Shown piece by piece: positions 47,136 to 57,232 of a stretch of DNA of 64,000 nt; positions within the stretch are counted from its first letter, which is position 1, and each line of letters opens with the position of its first letter. The stretch is from an uncultured Candidatus Saccharibacteria bacterium (GTDB lineage: Bacteria; Patescibacteriota; Minisyncoccia; Phycocordibacterales; UBA9973). The translations under genes and the position numbers were made by a program. Where the stretch lies: positions 65,737 through 129,736 of the forward strand of contig CAYZYV010000004.1 of the NCBI GenBank assembly GCA_964482735.1, read 5' to 3'. The notes under the pieces are model-generated. The model ran no database searches and was not told the origin of the DNA. It was given only the letters and a program-made list of their open reading frames with translations.

Positions 47136-47301
47136 CTCTTGGTTTCGTAGCAAACAACTACTGGTCTTCTACCCCCGTTCCGTCGTCGCCTACTACGCTC
47201 GCTTACAACCAGAACATGAACAATGGTAACTTGAACAACAACAGTCAGACTAACGGGAACTATGTTCGCTGTGTTAGGTAGAAGTGTGTTCGCCTAGAAT
47301 T
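47136..47301 (+). ncRNA. DGR2 template repeat (TR2)
   Basis: AAC-rich copy of VR2 with 12 AAY codons. Confidence 0.95.
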
Positions 47302-47337
47302 TTGTTTCCAATTTTCTGCTTGATTTAATATTTTAGA

Positions 47338-48411
47338 ATGACAATTTTCACAATTAAAAATATATATAAAGCATATAATGATTGCTTAAAACACAAGAAA
47401 AACACAACTAATGCTTTAAAATTTGAGCTAAACAGAGAGAAGAATTTGTATTCATTACTCAAAGATTTACAAAACAGAACTTACAAAATATCAAGACATA
47501 TATGCTTCGTGGTAACAGTGCCAACGGCTAGGGAAATATTTGCAGCTGATTTTCGAGATAGAATAATTCACCATGTACTATATAATGAGATAAGAGATTT
47601 ATTTGAAAGTAATTTCATTGAAGAATCATATGCTAATAGATTAGGCAAAGGGACTCATATGGCTGTTCGAAAATTAAGATATCATATAGCAAGAGGAGGA
47701 AAGGATGGTAGAAGATTATATTATTTAAAGATGGATATCAAGGGATTTTTCAGAAATATAGACAAAAATATTCTATACGAAGAAATGAAAATGATTATTG
47801 TGAGAAGTGACAAAGATAAATCGTGGAAAGACGAAATACTGTGGCTAACAAAAATGATTATTTTTCATGATCCAACATCTAATTATGTTTTCAAAGGGGC
47901 GAATAATACAAGAGGCGTTGTCCCTAAGCACAAATCTTTGTTTTATGGAGATAGAAATAAAGGTTTACCAATAGGGAATTTAACTAGCCAATTTTTTGCA
48001 AATATTTATTTAGACAAACTTGATCATTTTGTAAAAGAGGAATTAAAATTTTATCGCTATCTTAGATATGTTGATGATTTTATTATCCTAGATGAAGACA
48101 AAGAAAGGTTAGAAGAAACGATAAAAAAAATTGATCTATTTCTTAACCAGAAGTTAAATTTAAAATTGGCCCCCGATAAGATATTTCTAAGGCAGGTTAA
48201 TCATGGAATAGACTTTCTTGGTTATTATATTAAACCGACTCATACTCTAGTAAGAAGAAAGGTGGTTCGGAGGTTTAAAGACAAAATGTATAAAAATAAA
48301 AACAAAGAAGATGGCTTATACTCTATAAAATTTCTGTCTGTTATAAGATCTTATTTTGGACATTTCGAGCATGCAAATAGTTATAATTTGAGGAAAAAAT
48401 TAATAGGTTAG
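47338..48411 (+). CDS. DGR reverse transcriptase RT2
   Basis: REIFAADFRDRIIHH, DIKGFF.NID, GLPIGNLTSQ, YLRYVDDF and DFLGY motifs. Confidence 0.97.
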   Translation: MTIFTIKNIYKAYNDCLKHKKNTTNALKFELNREKNLYSLLKDLQNRTYKISRHICFVVTVPTAREIFAADFRDRIIHHVLYNEIRDLFESNFIEESYANRLGKGTHMAVRKLRYHIARGGKDGRRLYYLKMDIKGFFRNIDKNILYEEMKMIIVRSDKDKSWKDEILWLTKMIIFHDPTSNYVFKGANNTRGVVPKHKSLFYGDRNKGLPIGNLTSQFFANIYLDKLDHFVKEELKFYRYLRYVDDFIILDEDKERLEETIKKIDLFLNQKLNLKLAPDKIFLRQVNHGIDFLGYYIKPTHTLVRRKVVRRFKDKMYKNKNKEDGLYSIKFLSVIRSYFGHFEHANSYNLRKKLIG

Positions 48412-48479
48412 TAATAAGGTATTAGATTTAATATTAGTAAATAAATTTTTATAGGATATAATATAAAATAACAAATATT

Positions 48480-48935
48480 ATGAATAAAAAAATAGAAATC
48501 TACACAGACGGATCTTCTCTCGGTAATCCTGGCCCCGGAGGATGGGGGACTGTTGTGGTTGAAAATGAAAAAATCGTCTTTGAGCTTGGGGGCTTTGATA
48601 AAAACACGACAAATAATCGCATGGAAATAAAAGCGGTTATTGAAGCGTTGAGATATGTAAATAAAAAATACGGAGGTCTAGAAGTCTCGATCGTCGCAGA
48701 CTCCAATTATGTTCTTTTGGGGATTACTGAATGGATTCACAACTGGCAACGAAATGGATGGAAAACTGCCGGCAAAAAACCAGTTCTTAACCAAGAACTC
48801 TGGCAAGAACTCTGGCAACTAAAAGAAGAATCAACTTCAAAGATTTTATGGCATAAAGTTAAAGGTCACTCAGGCCACGTTTTCAACGAGCGAGCAGATG
48901 AGATAGCGACAACAAAAGCCTCACTACAAAAGTAG
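48480..48935 (+). CDS. rnhA: Ribonuclease HI
   Basis: YTDGS..GNPGPGGWG, TNNRME, DS.Y and VKGHSG...NERAD motifs. Confidence 0.96.
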   Translation: MNKKIEIYTDGSSLGNPGPGGWGTVVVENEKIVFELGGFDKNTTNNRMEIKAVIEALRYVNKKYGGLEVSIVADSNYVLLGITEWIHNWQRNGWKTAGKKPVLNQELWQELWQLKEESTSKILWHKVKGHSGHVFNERADEIATTKASLQK

Positions 48936-48977
48936 GGGGCTTAATTGTTTTACAAGGTTTTTGTGTAAACAGAAAAG

Positions 48978-49088
48978 TTTTTCCTCTATAATTATTTTGT
49001 GGAGCACGGATATTTTTCTACTGAAAAATTCCTCGAGCTCGCGCCGTCGCGCTCGCTAGTCTCCACAAAATAACTATAGATGGAAAAA
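48978..49088. repeat. Hairpin element upstream of comEC with locus-specific inverted arms
   Basis: Arms TTTTCCTCTATAATTATTTTGTGGAG / CTCCACAAAATAACTATAGATGGAAAA; core shared with 51324-51502. Confidence 0.75.
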
Positions 49089-49103
49089 TCATGGTAAGAG
49101 TTT

Positions 49104-50396
49104 ATGTCGAAAAAGGAAATTATTTTAATAATCTTTTTGGCAATAATAGCGGGAGTTCGCTATTTGTTTTTTATCCCCCAAGCTCCTAATTTTGATTATT
49201 TAGTAGGGGAAAATATAGGATTCGTTGGGCAAATTGTAGAAAATCCAGATGAGAGATTGAACAGTCAGCAATTAAAAGTAAAAATTAATAATCAAAAAAT
49301 TTATTTACTTGTTTCAACTAGCAAAGCAACAGAATACAAGTATGGTGATAAGATTTATGCAGAAGGGAAGCTCTCAAAACCAGAAAATTTTATCACTGCC
49401 CAAGGAAAAGAATTTAATTATATAAAATATCTTGCAAATCAAGATATTTATTTTTTGCTTAAATATCCCAAAATAGAAATCATTACCCGAGATAACGGGA
49501 ATTCGGTTTATGCTTTTCTGTATAAAATAAAAAATTCTTTTATAAAAAGTATAAACAAAGTTATCGACTTACCAGAGAGTAGTTTGGCCGGAGGTTTGGT
49601 TTTAGGATTAAAAGGCGGTTTTGATGAAGAAATGAGAAATAACCTTATAGAAACAGGTACTATCCACATTGTGGCGTTGTCTGGTTATAACGTTTCAATT
49701 GTAGCAGAGGGTGTGATGAAGGCTTTTAAGCAAGTATTTTCTCAAAACATCTCTATCGTTTTAGGTATGGTGACTATTTTGCTTTTTGTAATTTTAACAG
49801 GAGCAGAAGCGACTGCTGTTAGAGCAGGAATTATGGCAACCATTATGCTCGTAGGACGAATGACTGGTCGAAAATATTTAGCTGGTCGTGGACTGGTGAT
49901 TGCTGCACTTTTAATGATCACATATGATCCGAGAATTGTGACCGACATGTCTTTTCAGTTATCTTTTATTGCTACAGCGGGAGTTTTATTTTTACCAACA
50001 AAAATTTTGAAATATTTTTCTTTCTTACCGGTTCGCTTTGGAGTCAGAGAAATGGTGGTGTCGACAGTTTCAGCAACTATCTCTGTTTTGCCTATTGTTT
50101 TATATAGCACAGGAGTGTTATCGATAGTTTCTATTCTTGTTAATTTGTTAATACTTTTATTTATTCCTTATGCTATGCTTTTTGTTTTTATCGCTGGAGC
50201 TTTGGGACTAATTTCTAAGGCGATAGCTATACCTTTTGGTTTTATCGCATTTATTATTCTTCACTATATTTTATCTGCAATAAATATCTTTGGCTCGTTT
50301 AGATTTTCGAGTTTTACAATTCAATCCTTCCCACTTATTATTGTTATTTTATTATATGCAGGTATTCTTTGGTGGGTTTTTATAAAAAAGAAATAA
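49104..50396 (+). CDS. comEC: ComEC/Rec2 competence channel (OB-fold and Competence domains)
   Basis: GTIHIVALSGYN, RAGIMA and SFQLSF.AT motifs. Confidence 0.92.
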   Translation: MSKKEIILIIFLAIIAGVRYLFFIPQAPNFDYLVGENIGFVGQIVENPDERLNSQQLKVKINNQKIYLLVSTSKATEYKYGDKIYAEGKLSKPENFITAQGKEFNYIKYLANQDIYFLLKYPKIEIITRDNGNSVYAFLYKIKNSFIKSINKVIDLPESSLAGGLVLGLKGGFDEEMRNNLIETGTIHIVALSGYNVSIVAEGVMKAFKQVFSQNISIVLGMVTILLFVILTGAEATAVRAGIMATIMLVGRMTGRKYLAGRGLVIAALLMITYDPRIVTDMSFQLSFIATAGVLFLPTKILKYFSFLPVRFGVREMVVSTVSATISVLPIVLYSTGVLSIVSILVNLLILLFIPYAMLFVFIAGALGLISKAIAIPFGFIAFIILHYILSAINIFGSFRFSSFTIQSFPLIIVILLYAGILWWVFIKKK

Positions 50397-50442
50397 TGTT
50401 TATTAACATCTCTGTTTGATAAATGTTATTATAAAAAGGAAA

Positions 50443-51306
50443 ATGAAAAAATATAAAAAATATCTACCATATCTTTTGATTCTAGTTATTCTCGGTGTAA
50501 CTATTTTTGTTTGGCAGTCCGTTTTAAGTAATAAAAATCCGAGAATGCTCAAGGTCGCATTCCTGGATGTGGGGCAGGGGGATGCTATATACATTGAGGC
50601 TCCAAATAAAAAACAGGTCTTGATAGACGGAGGAAAAGATTCAAAACTTTTGTACAGCTTATCGAAAGTAATGCCTTTCGCTGATCGATCTTTGGACTTG
50701 TTAATTATTACTCATCGAGATATGGATCATATCGGAGGTTTACCAATGCTTCTAGACGGGTATCGTGTTGAAAAAGTTATTGATAATGGAATTAAAGATG
50801 AAACAGAAATATCAAAATCTGTGGATGAAAAAATTAAAAGTCGATCTATAGAAAGTGAAGTGGCTCAAAAAGATATGCGAGTTTTTCTTGATAAAGAAAA
50901 TGATATTTATTTAGATGTTATTTATCCCAATAGAGATGTTTCAGATATTGATTCAAATGATGGTTCTGTTGTGGTTAAATTGGTTCATGGAGAAAATTCA
51001 TTTTTGTTTACAGGAGATGCAAGTATTTATGCTGAAAGTTTAATAATGTGGGAAGAAGGCGAGAACGATTTAGATATCGATGTGCTTAAATTGGGTCACC
51101 ATGGAGCAAGGTCGTCATCAAGTTTACTCTGGCTCGAGAAGACCAGTCCAGAGTTGGCCATAGTTTCTGCCGGTAAAAATAATTCTTATGGGCATCCGCA
51201 CAAAGAGACACTGGAGAGATTGGAAAATTTAAAAATTCCATTTTTATCAACTGCAGAGATTGGAACAATTTTAATAAAAAGTGATGGTCAAAAATTGGAG
51301 TACTAA
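50443..51306 (+). CDS. ComEC-associated metallo-beta-lactamase-fold protein (split domain)
   Basis: FLDVGQGDA, TH.D.DHIGG, LFTGD, HHG and NSYGHPH motifs. Confidence 0.9.
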   Translation: MKKYKKYLPYLLILVILGVTIFVWQSVLSNKNPRMLKVAFLDVGQGDAIYIEAPNKKQVLIDGGKDSKLLYSLSKVMPFADRSLDLLIITHRDMDHIGGLPMLLDGYRVEKVIDNGIKDETEISKSVDEKIKSRSIESEVAQKDMRVFLDKENDIYLDVIYPNRDVSDIDSNDGSVVVKLVHGENSFLFTGDASIYAESLIMWEEGENDLDIDVLKLGHHGARSSSSLLWLEKTSPELAIVSAGKNNSYGHPHKETLERLENLKIPFLSTAEIGTILIKSDGQKLEY

Positions 51307-51323
51307 AAATCTTGTGATCTCAA

Positions 51324-51502
51324 GCAAAAATAATTCTCTTCAAAAAAGACTAGCGAGCACGACGGTGCGAACTTGCTTGAAAGCAAACTGCTTTGCTTTC
51401 AAGGTGTTCACGAAGTGATGTGCCGATGTCTTTAGACAGGCATAAACGGGCATTTTTCGAGAGAATTATATCCGTGCTTTTTTGAAGAGAATTATTTTTT
51501 GC
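51324..51502. repeat. Hairpin element downstream of the comEC operon with locus-specific inverted arms
   Basis: Arms GCAAAAATAATTCTCTTCAAAAAAG / CTTTTTTGAAGAGAATTATTTTTTGC; core GACTAGCGAGCACGACGGTGCGA...ATATCCGTGC. Confidence 0.75.
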
Positions 51503-51551
51503 TAAGTGCGTGAATCAAATAAAAAACACCCCGATTTTTTCGGGGTGTTTT

Positions 51552-51797
51552 TTATTTTATGATTCCTGCCTCTTTCAATACTGTGTAAGCTCCTTTTTTG
51601 TTAATTGTTTTAATTGCTTGTGTGGATATAGTAAGTGAGAAATATTTCTTGAGCTCAGGGACATATATTCTCTTTTTCTGTAGGTTAGGGTACTTTCTTA
51701 CCATTCCTGTAGGGTTAAATTTGGTAGCACGAACAACGTTGGAGTATCCTCCAGCTACTTTTGAACCCTTTTTTGTTATTGGACAGACTTTTGCCAT
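51552..51797 (-). CDS. rpmB: 50S ribosomal protein L28
   Basis: MAKVCPITKK...RKYPNLQ...IKTINKKG. Confidence 0.92.
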   Translation of the reverse strand: MAKVCPITKKGSKVAGGYSNVVRATKFNPTGMVRKYPNLQKKRIYVPELKKYFSLTISTQAIKTINKKGAYTVLKEAGIIK

Positions 51798-51861
51798 ATG
51801 TGAAAGCTATGTTATCATATAAGTCTTAGAAAAGCAATCCCGCAAGGGAAGTATAAAAATT

Positions 51862-52509
51862 ATGAACATAGGAATTACAGATGGAATATTTTATGTCGCC
51901 GTACTCATCATGTCGGTAGTGATCCACGAAGTGGCTCATGGTTATTCAGCCTATTTGCTTGGTGATGACACGGCTAAACTTAGCGGACGGTTAACTCTTA
52001 ATCCTCTCAAACATTTAGACCCGTTCGGATCTGTCTTTTTGCCTTTGCTTTTGGTTTTAACAAATTCCGGTTTTATTATTGGATGGGCAAAGCCAGTACC
52101 TTATAACCCTAGAAACTTGAAGGGGGGAAGGAAAGCTGATTTTATCGTTTCTATTTCTGGAATTGCGGCCAATTTGATCGTAGCTCTAATATTTGGTCTT
52201 ATCTTGAGGTTCTTACCGTTTATTGGTTTGCCTCTCGATTCAGAAGCTTTATTCGCCTTTGTTAAGATTGCCTCAATAATAGTTGTAACAAATTTGGTTT
52301 TAGCACTATTCAACCTAATTCCAATATCACCCCTAGATGGATCAAAAGTTCTTTTCTCGATTCTCCCAGTTCGTTTAAGAAATATTGAAATCTTTATGGA
52401 AAAATGGGGATTATTCTTAATGATTTTCTTCATAGTCTTTGTTTGGCAGTATGTTTCTCCAGTCATCTATTTAGCTTTTAAACTTTTGACGGGCATAAAT
52501 CTGATATAG
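51862..52509 (+). CDS. Site-2 protease (M50) family protein
   Basis: HEVAH and FNLIPISPLDGSK motifs. Confidence 0.92.
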   Translation: MNIGITDGIFYVAVLIMSVVIHEVAHGYSAYLLGDDTAKLSGRLTLNPLKHLDPFGSVFLPLLLVLTNSGFIIGWAKPVPYNPRNLKGGRKADFIVSISGIAANLIVALIFGLILRFLPFIGLPLDSEALFAFVKIASIIVVTNLVLALFNLIPISPLDGSKVLFSILPVRLRNIEIFMEKWGLFLMIFFIVFVWQYVSPVIYLAFKLLTGINLI

Positions 52510-52667
52510 AAACACCCCTATTGCATTTTAGCTAATTCTGTAGTAAAGTAATTCCACTAGTCTTTATGACTATTTGTTTTATATGTCTGGCCTATTTGAG
52601 AGAATCAAATAGGAATTACTAAAATAATTAAAGAGTTAAATAAAAATTAATTATTTATTTTTTAAGA

Positions 52668-53093
52668 ATGCCTACAATTAATCAATTGGTTCGAAAGAGC
52701 CGCAAATCAATAAAAAAGAAATCAAAAGCAGTAGCACTTGCTCGTGGTTTTAATACGAACAAAAACAAGCCGGTGTTTTATCCTGCTCCATTTAAACGTG
52801 GTGTGTGTACTAAAGTTTCAACTACAACCCCTAAGAAACCTAACTCAGCTTTACGAAAAATTGCCAGAGTTCGTCTAACAAACGGTATGGAAGTAACAGC
52901 TTATATTCCAGGAGAAGGACACAATTTGCAAGAACACTCAGTGGTTATGATCCGAGGAGGCCGTGTGAAAGACCTTATTGGAGTTCGTTATCACGTCGTT
53001 CGAGGTCGTCTAGATACACAAGGAGTAGAGAAGCGTCGACAATCAAGAAGTCTCTATGGTGCTAAAACTCCTAAGAAAGACACTAAGAAATAA
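52668..53093 (+). CDS. rpsL: 30S ribosomal protein S12
   Basis: [20 protein letters not shown] and RVKDL.GVRY motifs. Confidence 0.99.
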   Translation: MPTINQLVRKSRKSIKKKSKAVALARGFNTNKNKPVFYPAPFKRGVCTKVSTTTPKKPNSALRKIARVRLTNGMEVTAYIPGEGHNLQEHSVVMIRGGRVKDLIGVRYHVVRGRLDTQGVEKRRQSRSLYGAKTPKKDTKK

Positions 53094-53111
53094 TTTTTTG
53101 AATAAAAAACT

Positions 53112-53582
53112 ATGAGAAAGAAGATAAAAGATAAAAAAGTAGTAGAGCCTGATATCGTTTACAAATCTCAAAAACTTGCTAAGTTTATCAACAATGTGAT
53201 GTTGGATGGCAAGAAAGAGACAGCTCGTAAATCAGTTTATAAGGCCTTCGAAATTATAAAAGAGAAGACAGGAAACCCTAATCCTCTTGAAGTGTTCGAT
53301 ACAGCTATCAAAAATGCAGGACCTCTAGTAGAAGTACGATCACGAAGAATTGGAGGAGCCAACTATCAAGTTCCTAGAGAAGTAAGACCAGAAAGAAGAG
53401 TAGCTTTAGCAATGAGATGGATAATAGGAGCAGCAAGAACCAAAAAAGGAGCACCTATTCATGAAAAACTTGCTGAGGAATTAATTCTAGCTTCAAAAAA
53501 CGAAGGTGCAGCATGCAAGAAGAGAGACGATACTCACAAAATGGCAGAAGCCAACAAAGCATTTGCTCACTTCGCTTGGTAA
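53112..53582 (+). CDS. rpsG: 30S ribosomal protein S7
   Basis: SRRIGGANYQVP and HKMAEANKAFAH motifs. Confidence 0.99.
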   Translation: MRKKIKDKKVVEPDIVYKSQKLAKFINNVMLDGKKETARKSVYKAFEIIKEKTGNPNPLEVFDTAIKNAGPLVEVRSRRIGGANYQVPREVRPERRVALAMRWIIGAARTKKGAPIHEKLAEELILASKNEGAACKKRDDTHKMAEANKAFAHFAW

Positions 53583-53597
53583 TTCAAACAAATACTC

Positions 53598-53631
53598 AAT
53601 TTTAAAACCCCCGAAAGGGGGTTTTAAAATT
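53598..53631. terminator. Intrinsic terminator after rpsG
   Basis: AATTTTAAAACCCCC-GAAA-GGGGGTTTTAAAATT. Confidence 0.8.
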
Positions 53632-53701
53632 GTTTGATAGGTTGTTGTGTTTTTGCTGAATTTAAATATAATAGGGACAAAACTGTTTAAAAACTATTGC
53701 G

Positions 53702-54070
53702 ATGAAGACTTCGAATTTTTTAAAAGAAGTCAGAAAAATCTGCAGATTATCTGACTTAGATCCGGACAAGGTGGGGGACAACCCACAAGTTGAAGAGGTC
53801 CCAAAAAATCTCAATTCTACTCCTGTGAACCTTACTGAAATAAGGGGATTCAAACAGATGTTTGTTGAGGAGCTTACGTATTTAGGGCAGATAACAAGAA
53901 ACTTGTTATCTCAACTTGGGGACAATAAAAAAGAGGAAAAAATCCTCGACATTTCCCAAAACATAACTAGGTATATGGAACTAATCCTTCAAATCGAAGT
54001 GATGGTTTCAAAGACCCACAGAAAATTTGTTATCTATAACGGTTTCATCTATGAAGAAAAAACCGCTTAG
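53702..54070 (+). CDS. Hypothetical protein
   Basis: 122-aa ORF between rpsG and fusA. Confidence 0.55.
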   Translation: MKTSNFLKEVRKICRLSDLDPDKVGDNPQVEEVPKNLNSTPVNLTEIRGFKQMFVEELTYLGQITRNLLSQLGDNKKEEKILDISQNITRYMELILQIEVMVSKTHRKFVIYNGFIYEEKTA

Positions 54071-54185
54071 TATTTTTTAGTAGAAAGGCCTCTTTTTAGA
54101 GGTCTTCTATTTTTTAAACTTGCTTTTATAACAAAAGGGAATATAATGCGGACAAATAAAATTCTTTAACTAAAACATTTGACTA

Positions 54186-54670
54186 TGAAGTATTATCCTC
54201 TTCTCTTGGCTTTGTGCCAGGATATAGAAATTAATTTGTTAGAAGATGTTGAAACCATCTTTAGAAACAAAGAAGAAAGGATCGTTCTCGGTCCAAAGAT
54301 CAATATCAAGGATACCATCTTTGGTGAAGATGCAACTGAGATTGAAAAAATTTCAAGTGTAGTGAGTAATATGTTTCTTCGAGCAAGAAATTATGTAGGG
54401 CCGTCGGGTGGAGAAAAAGGACATTTGGAAAATGTTAAAAACGAAATCATTACCCAAATTGCTGAAACTTATCAAGATGTTATCATTTATCTTTTTAATA
54501 ATCAGGTTTGTCCGGATTCAAGACTTATAGTTGACCAGGGTTTTTTTTACAAAACCATTGGTCAGGAAGAGTTTGAAGCTAAACTCAAAAAGGCGAATCA
54601 AAAAATTCGTGATAAGGCCAAGTTCTACCATGAGGCTTGTGCAGCCTATAGAAAAATAGCAAACCAATAA
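54186..54670 (+). CDS. Hypothetical protein
   Basis: Approx. 160-aa ORF between rpsG and fusA. Confidence 0.55.
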
Positions 54671-54882
54671 CTTTATTGATGTAGAGATGTTAAGGAGTCC
54701 AACCGGCTCCTTTTTTGTTGCAAAAAAAGGCTTTTTATTGTATATTGCAGAGATATTAGGGTCTTTAAGACTTTATATTTTTAATTAAAGCTTATCTTCT
54801 AGCAGTTGAGCTTTAACATTATTTTTTTAATTTTAATTTTTAGGCTAGTTGCTAGAACCTAGGCCCTAGAAACTAAATATAT

Positions 54883-57024
54883 ATGGAAAGAGATTATCCC
54901 TTAGAAAAAGTAAGAAATTTTGGAATTATTGCTCACATTGATGCTGGTAAAACCACTACAAGTGAAAGAGTTCTTTACTATACAGGAATGTCCCACAAGG
55001 TTGGTGAAGTTCACGATGGTGAAGCAACTACAGACTGGATGGAGCAAGAGCGTGAAAGAGGTATTACAATTACTTCTGCTGCTGTTACGTGTTTTTGGAC
55101 ACCTACATATGCAAATGGTGATAAAAATAAAAAGCATCGTTTTAATATTATTGACACTCCAGGTCACATTGACTTTACTGTTGAAGTTAAGAGATCACTT
55201 CGTGTGCTAGACGGAGCGGTTGTTGTTTTCGATGGAGTAGCTGGAGTAGAACCTCAATCAGAAACAAACTGGCGTTATGCTGACGAAGCTATGGTTCCTC
55301 GAATTTGTTTTGTTAACAAAATGGATAGAACAGGAGCTTCTTTTGAACACTCATACAAAACAATTTTGGATAGATTAAACAAAAATGCAGTCAGGATGCA
55401 ATTACCTATCGGGGCAGAAGAAAATTTTGAAGGGGTTGTTGATTTGCTTAAAATGAAAGCCTATTATTTTGAAGGTAATATGGGGGATCAAGTTGTTGAA
55501 AAAGAAATCCCAGAAAATCTAAAAGCGGACGCAGAGAAATATCATGGTGAATTAATCGAAAAAATTGTTGAACAAGATGATACTTTAATGTCTGATTATC
55601 TTGAAGGAAAAATTCCTAGTATCGAAGTTTTAAAAGCAACAATGAGAAAGGCTGTTATCGCAAACAAAATCTTTCCAGTGTTTACAGGAACTGCCTTGAA
55701 AAACAAAGGGGTTCAACTAGTTCTAGACGCTGTTATCGATTATCTTCCAAGCCCAATTGATATTCCTGCAATCAAAGGAGTTAACCCAGATAACGGAGAT
55801 GAAATGGAAAGACATGCTTCAGATTCAGAACCATTTTCAGCTCTTGCTTTCAAAGTTGCTACTGACCCGTTCGTTGGACAATTAATTTTCTTCCGTGTTT
55901 ATTCCGGATCTCTTTCTGCTGGAAGTTATGTTTATAATCCGAGAACAAGAAACAAAGAAAGAATTGGACGTATCTTGAGAATGCATGCTAATGACCGAGA
56001 AGAAGTCAAGAAAGTTTTTGCTGGAGAAATAGCAGCCGCTGTTGGATTAAAAGACACTATTACTTCAGACACTCTCTGTGATGAGGCTAGTCCTATAGAA
56101 CTATATAAAATTATATTCCCAGAACCAGTTATTCAACTTAGAGTTGAACCAAAGACAAAGGCTGACCAAGAAAAAATGGGTATGGCTTTAAATCGTTTAG
56201 CACAAGAAGATCCAACCTTTAGAGTCTCGACAGATAGTGAGACTAATGAGACAATCATTTCTGGAATGGGAGAACTTCACCTTGAAATTATTGTTGATCG
56301 TATGAAGAGAGAATTTAGTGTTGAAACTAATGTTGGAAATCCTCAGGTAGCCTACAGAGAAACTATTACTGGTACCGCAGACGCAGAAGGTAAATACATC
56401 AAACAATCTGGAGGAAGAGGTAACTACGGTCACGTTAAGATTAAAGTTAAGCCTATGGACTTTTCTATTAATCCAGAAGACCTTCCAAGAAATGTTAAGA
56501 GAGATAAAGAATTTGAATTCATTAACAATATCAAAGGAGGTGTTATTCCACTAGAATACATTCCAGCTTGTGAAAAAGGATTCAAAGAAGGATTGGATAG
56601 AGGAATACTAGCAGGGTTCAAGATGGTTAATGTTTCAGTAGATCTATGGGATGGTTCTTACCACGAAGTTGACTCTAACGAAATGGCTTTCAAGATTGCA
56701 GCTTCTATGGCTGTTCAAGATGCATGTAAGATGGCTCGTCCAGTTATTCTTGAGCCAATGATGAAGGTTGAAGTTGTAACCCCAGAGAAATTCATGGGAG
56801 ATGTTACTGGAAGTTTATCTTCAAAGAGAGGAATCATTGAAGGAATGGAAGCAAGAGGGTTGAATCAAGCCATCAAGGCAGTTGTTCCACTATCTGAGAT
56901 GTTTGGATATATGACAACCCTTCGTTCAATGACCGAAGGACGTGCTGGATTCGTAATGGAATTCTTAAGATACGATATAGTTCCACAAAACGTCGCTACA
57001 GCTATCATTGAAAAAAGGAAATAG
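54883..57024 (+). CDS. fusA: Elongation factor G
   Basis: [24 protein letters not shown] and GMGELHL motifs. Confidence 0.99.
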   Translation: MERDYPLEKVRNFGIIAHIDAGKTTTSERVLYYTGMSHKVGEVHDGEATTDWMEQERERGITITSAAVTCFWTPTYANGDKNKKHRFNIIDTPGHIDFTVEVKRSLRVLDGAVVVFDGVAGVEPQSETNWRYADEAMVPRICFVNKMDRTGASFEHSYKTILDRLNKNAVRMQLPIGAEENFEGVVDLLKMKAYYFEGNMGDQVVEKEIPENLKADAEKYHGELIEKIVEQDDTLMSDYLEGKIPSIEVLKATMRKAVIANKIFPVFTGTALKNKGVQLVLDAVIDYLPSPIDIPAIKGVNPDNGDEMERHASDSEPFSALAFKVATDPFVGQLIFFRVYSGSLSAGSYVYNPRTRNKERIGRILRMHANDREEVKKVFAGEIAAAVGLKDTITSDTLCDEASPIELYKIIFPEPVIQLRVEPKTKADQEKMGMALNRLAQEDPTFRVSTDSETNETIISGMGELHLEIIVDRMKREFSVETNVGNPQVAYRETITGTADAEGKYIKQSGGRGNYGHVKIKVKPMDFSINPEDLPRNVKRDKEFEFINNIKGGVIPLEYIPACEKGFKEGLDRGILAGFKMVNVSVDLWDGSYHEVDSNEMAFKIAASMAVQDACKMARPVILEPMMKVEVVTPEKFMGDVTGSLSSKRGIIEGMEARGLNQAIKAVVPLSEMFGYMTTLRSMTEGRAGFVMEFLRYDIVPQNVATAIIEKRK

Positions 57025-57149
57025 AATATAGTTTGTTTAAGAGATGTGCTTTAAAAAAACACTTCCCGCCCCGTAGTAAAATTTAAGAGCATTCGTTTTA
57101 AATTTTTACTTCTGGGGTCGCTACAGCTATCATTGAAAAAAGGAAATAG
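56992..57149. mobile_element. Approx. 92-bp hairpin insertion flanked by a 33-bp direct duplication of the fusA end
   Basis: 56992-57024 equals 57117-57149; the insert core resembles 8883-8940. Confidence 0.75.
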
Positions 57150-57232
57150 TATACTTAAAATTAAACCCCCTTTTGGCTTTCGCCAAAAGGGGGTTTAATG
57201 ATATAATATAAACCTATTAATCAAAAAACATT

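Larger units (their letters stand above)
45772..48411 (+). mobile_element. Diversity-generating retroelement DGR2 (pilin target/VR - hairpins - avd - TR - RT)
   Basis: TR/VR differences only at adenines; DGR-type RT; avd-like gene. Confidence 0.97.

Noticed and set aside
46960-47157. Minus-strand ORF over the avd2 end and TR2 start
   Set aside because: Shadow frame with no motifs.
34801-48411. The two RTs as group II intron or retron RTs
   Set aside because: Both are short, carry the GxxxSQ DGR motif, lack maturase and endonuclease extensions, and sit beside adenine-specific TR/VR pairs and avd-like genes.
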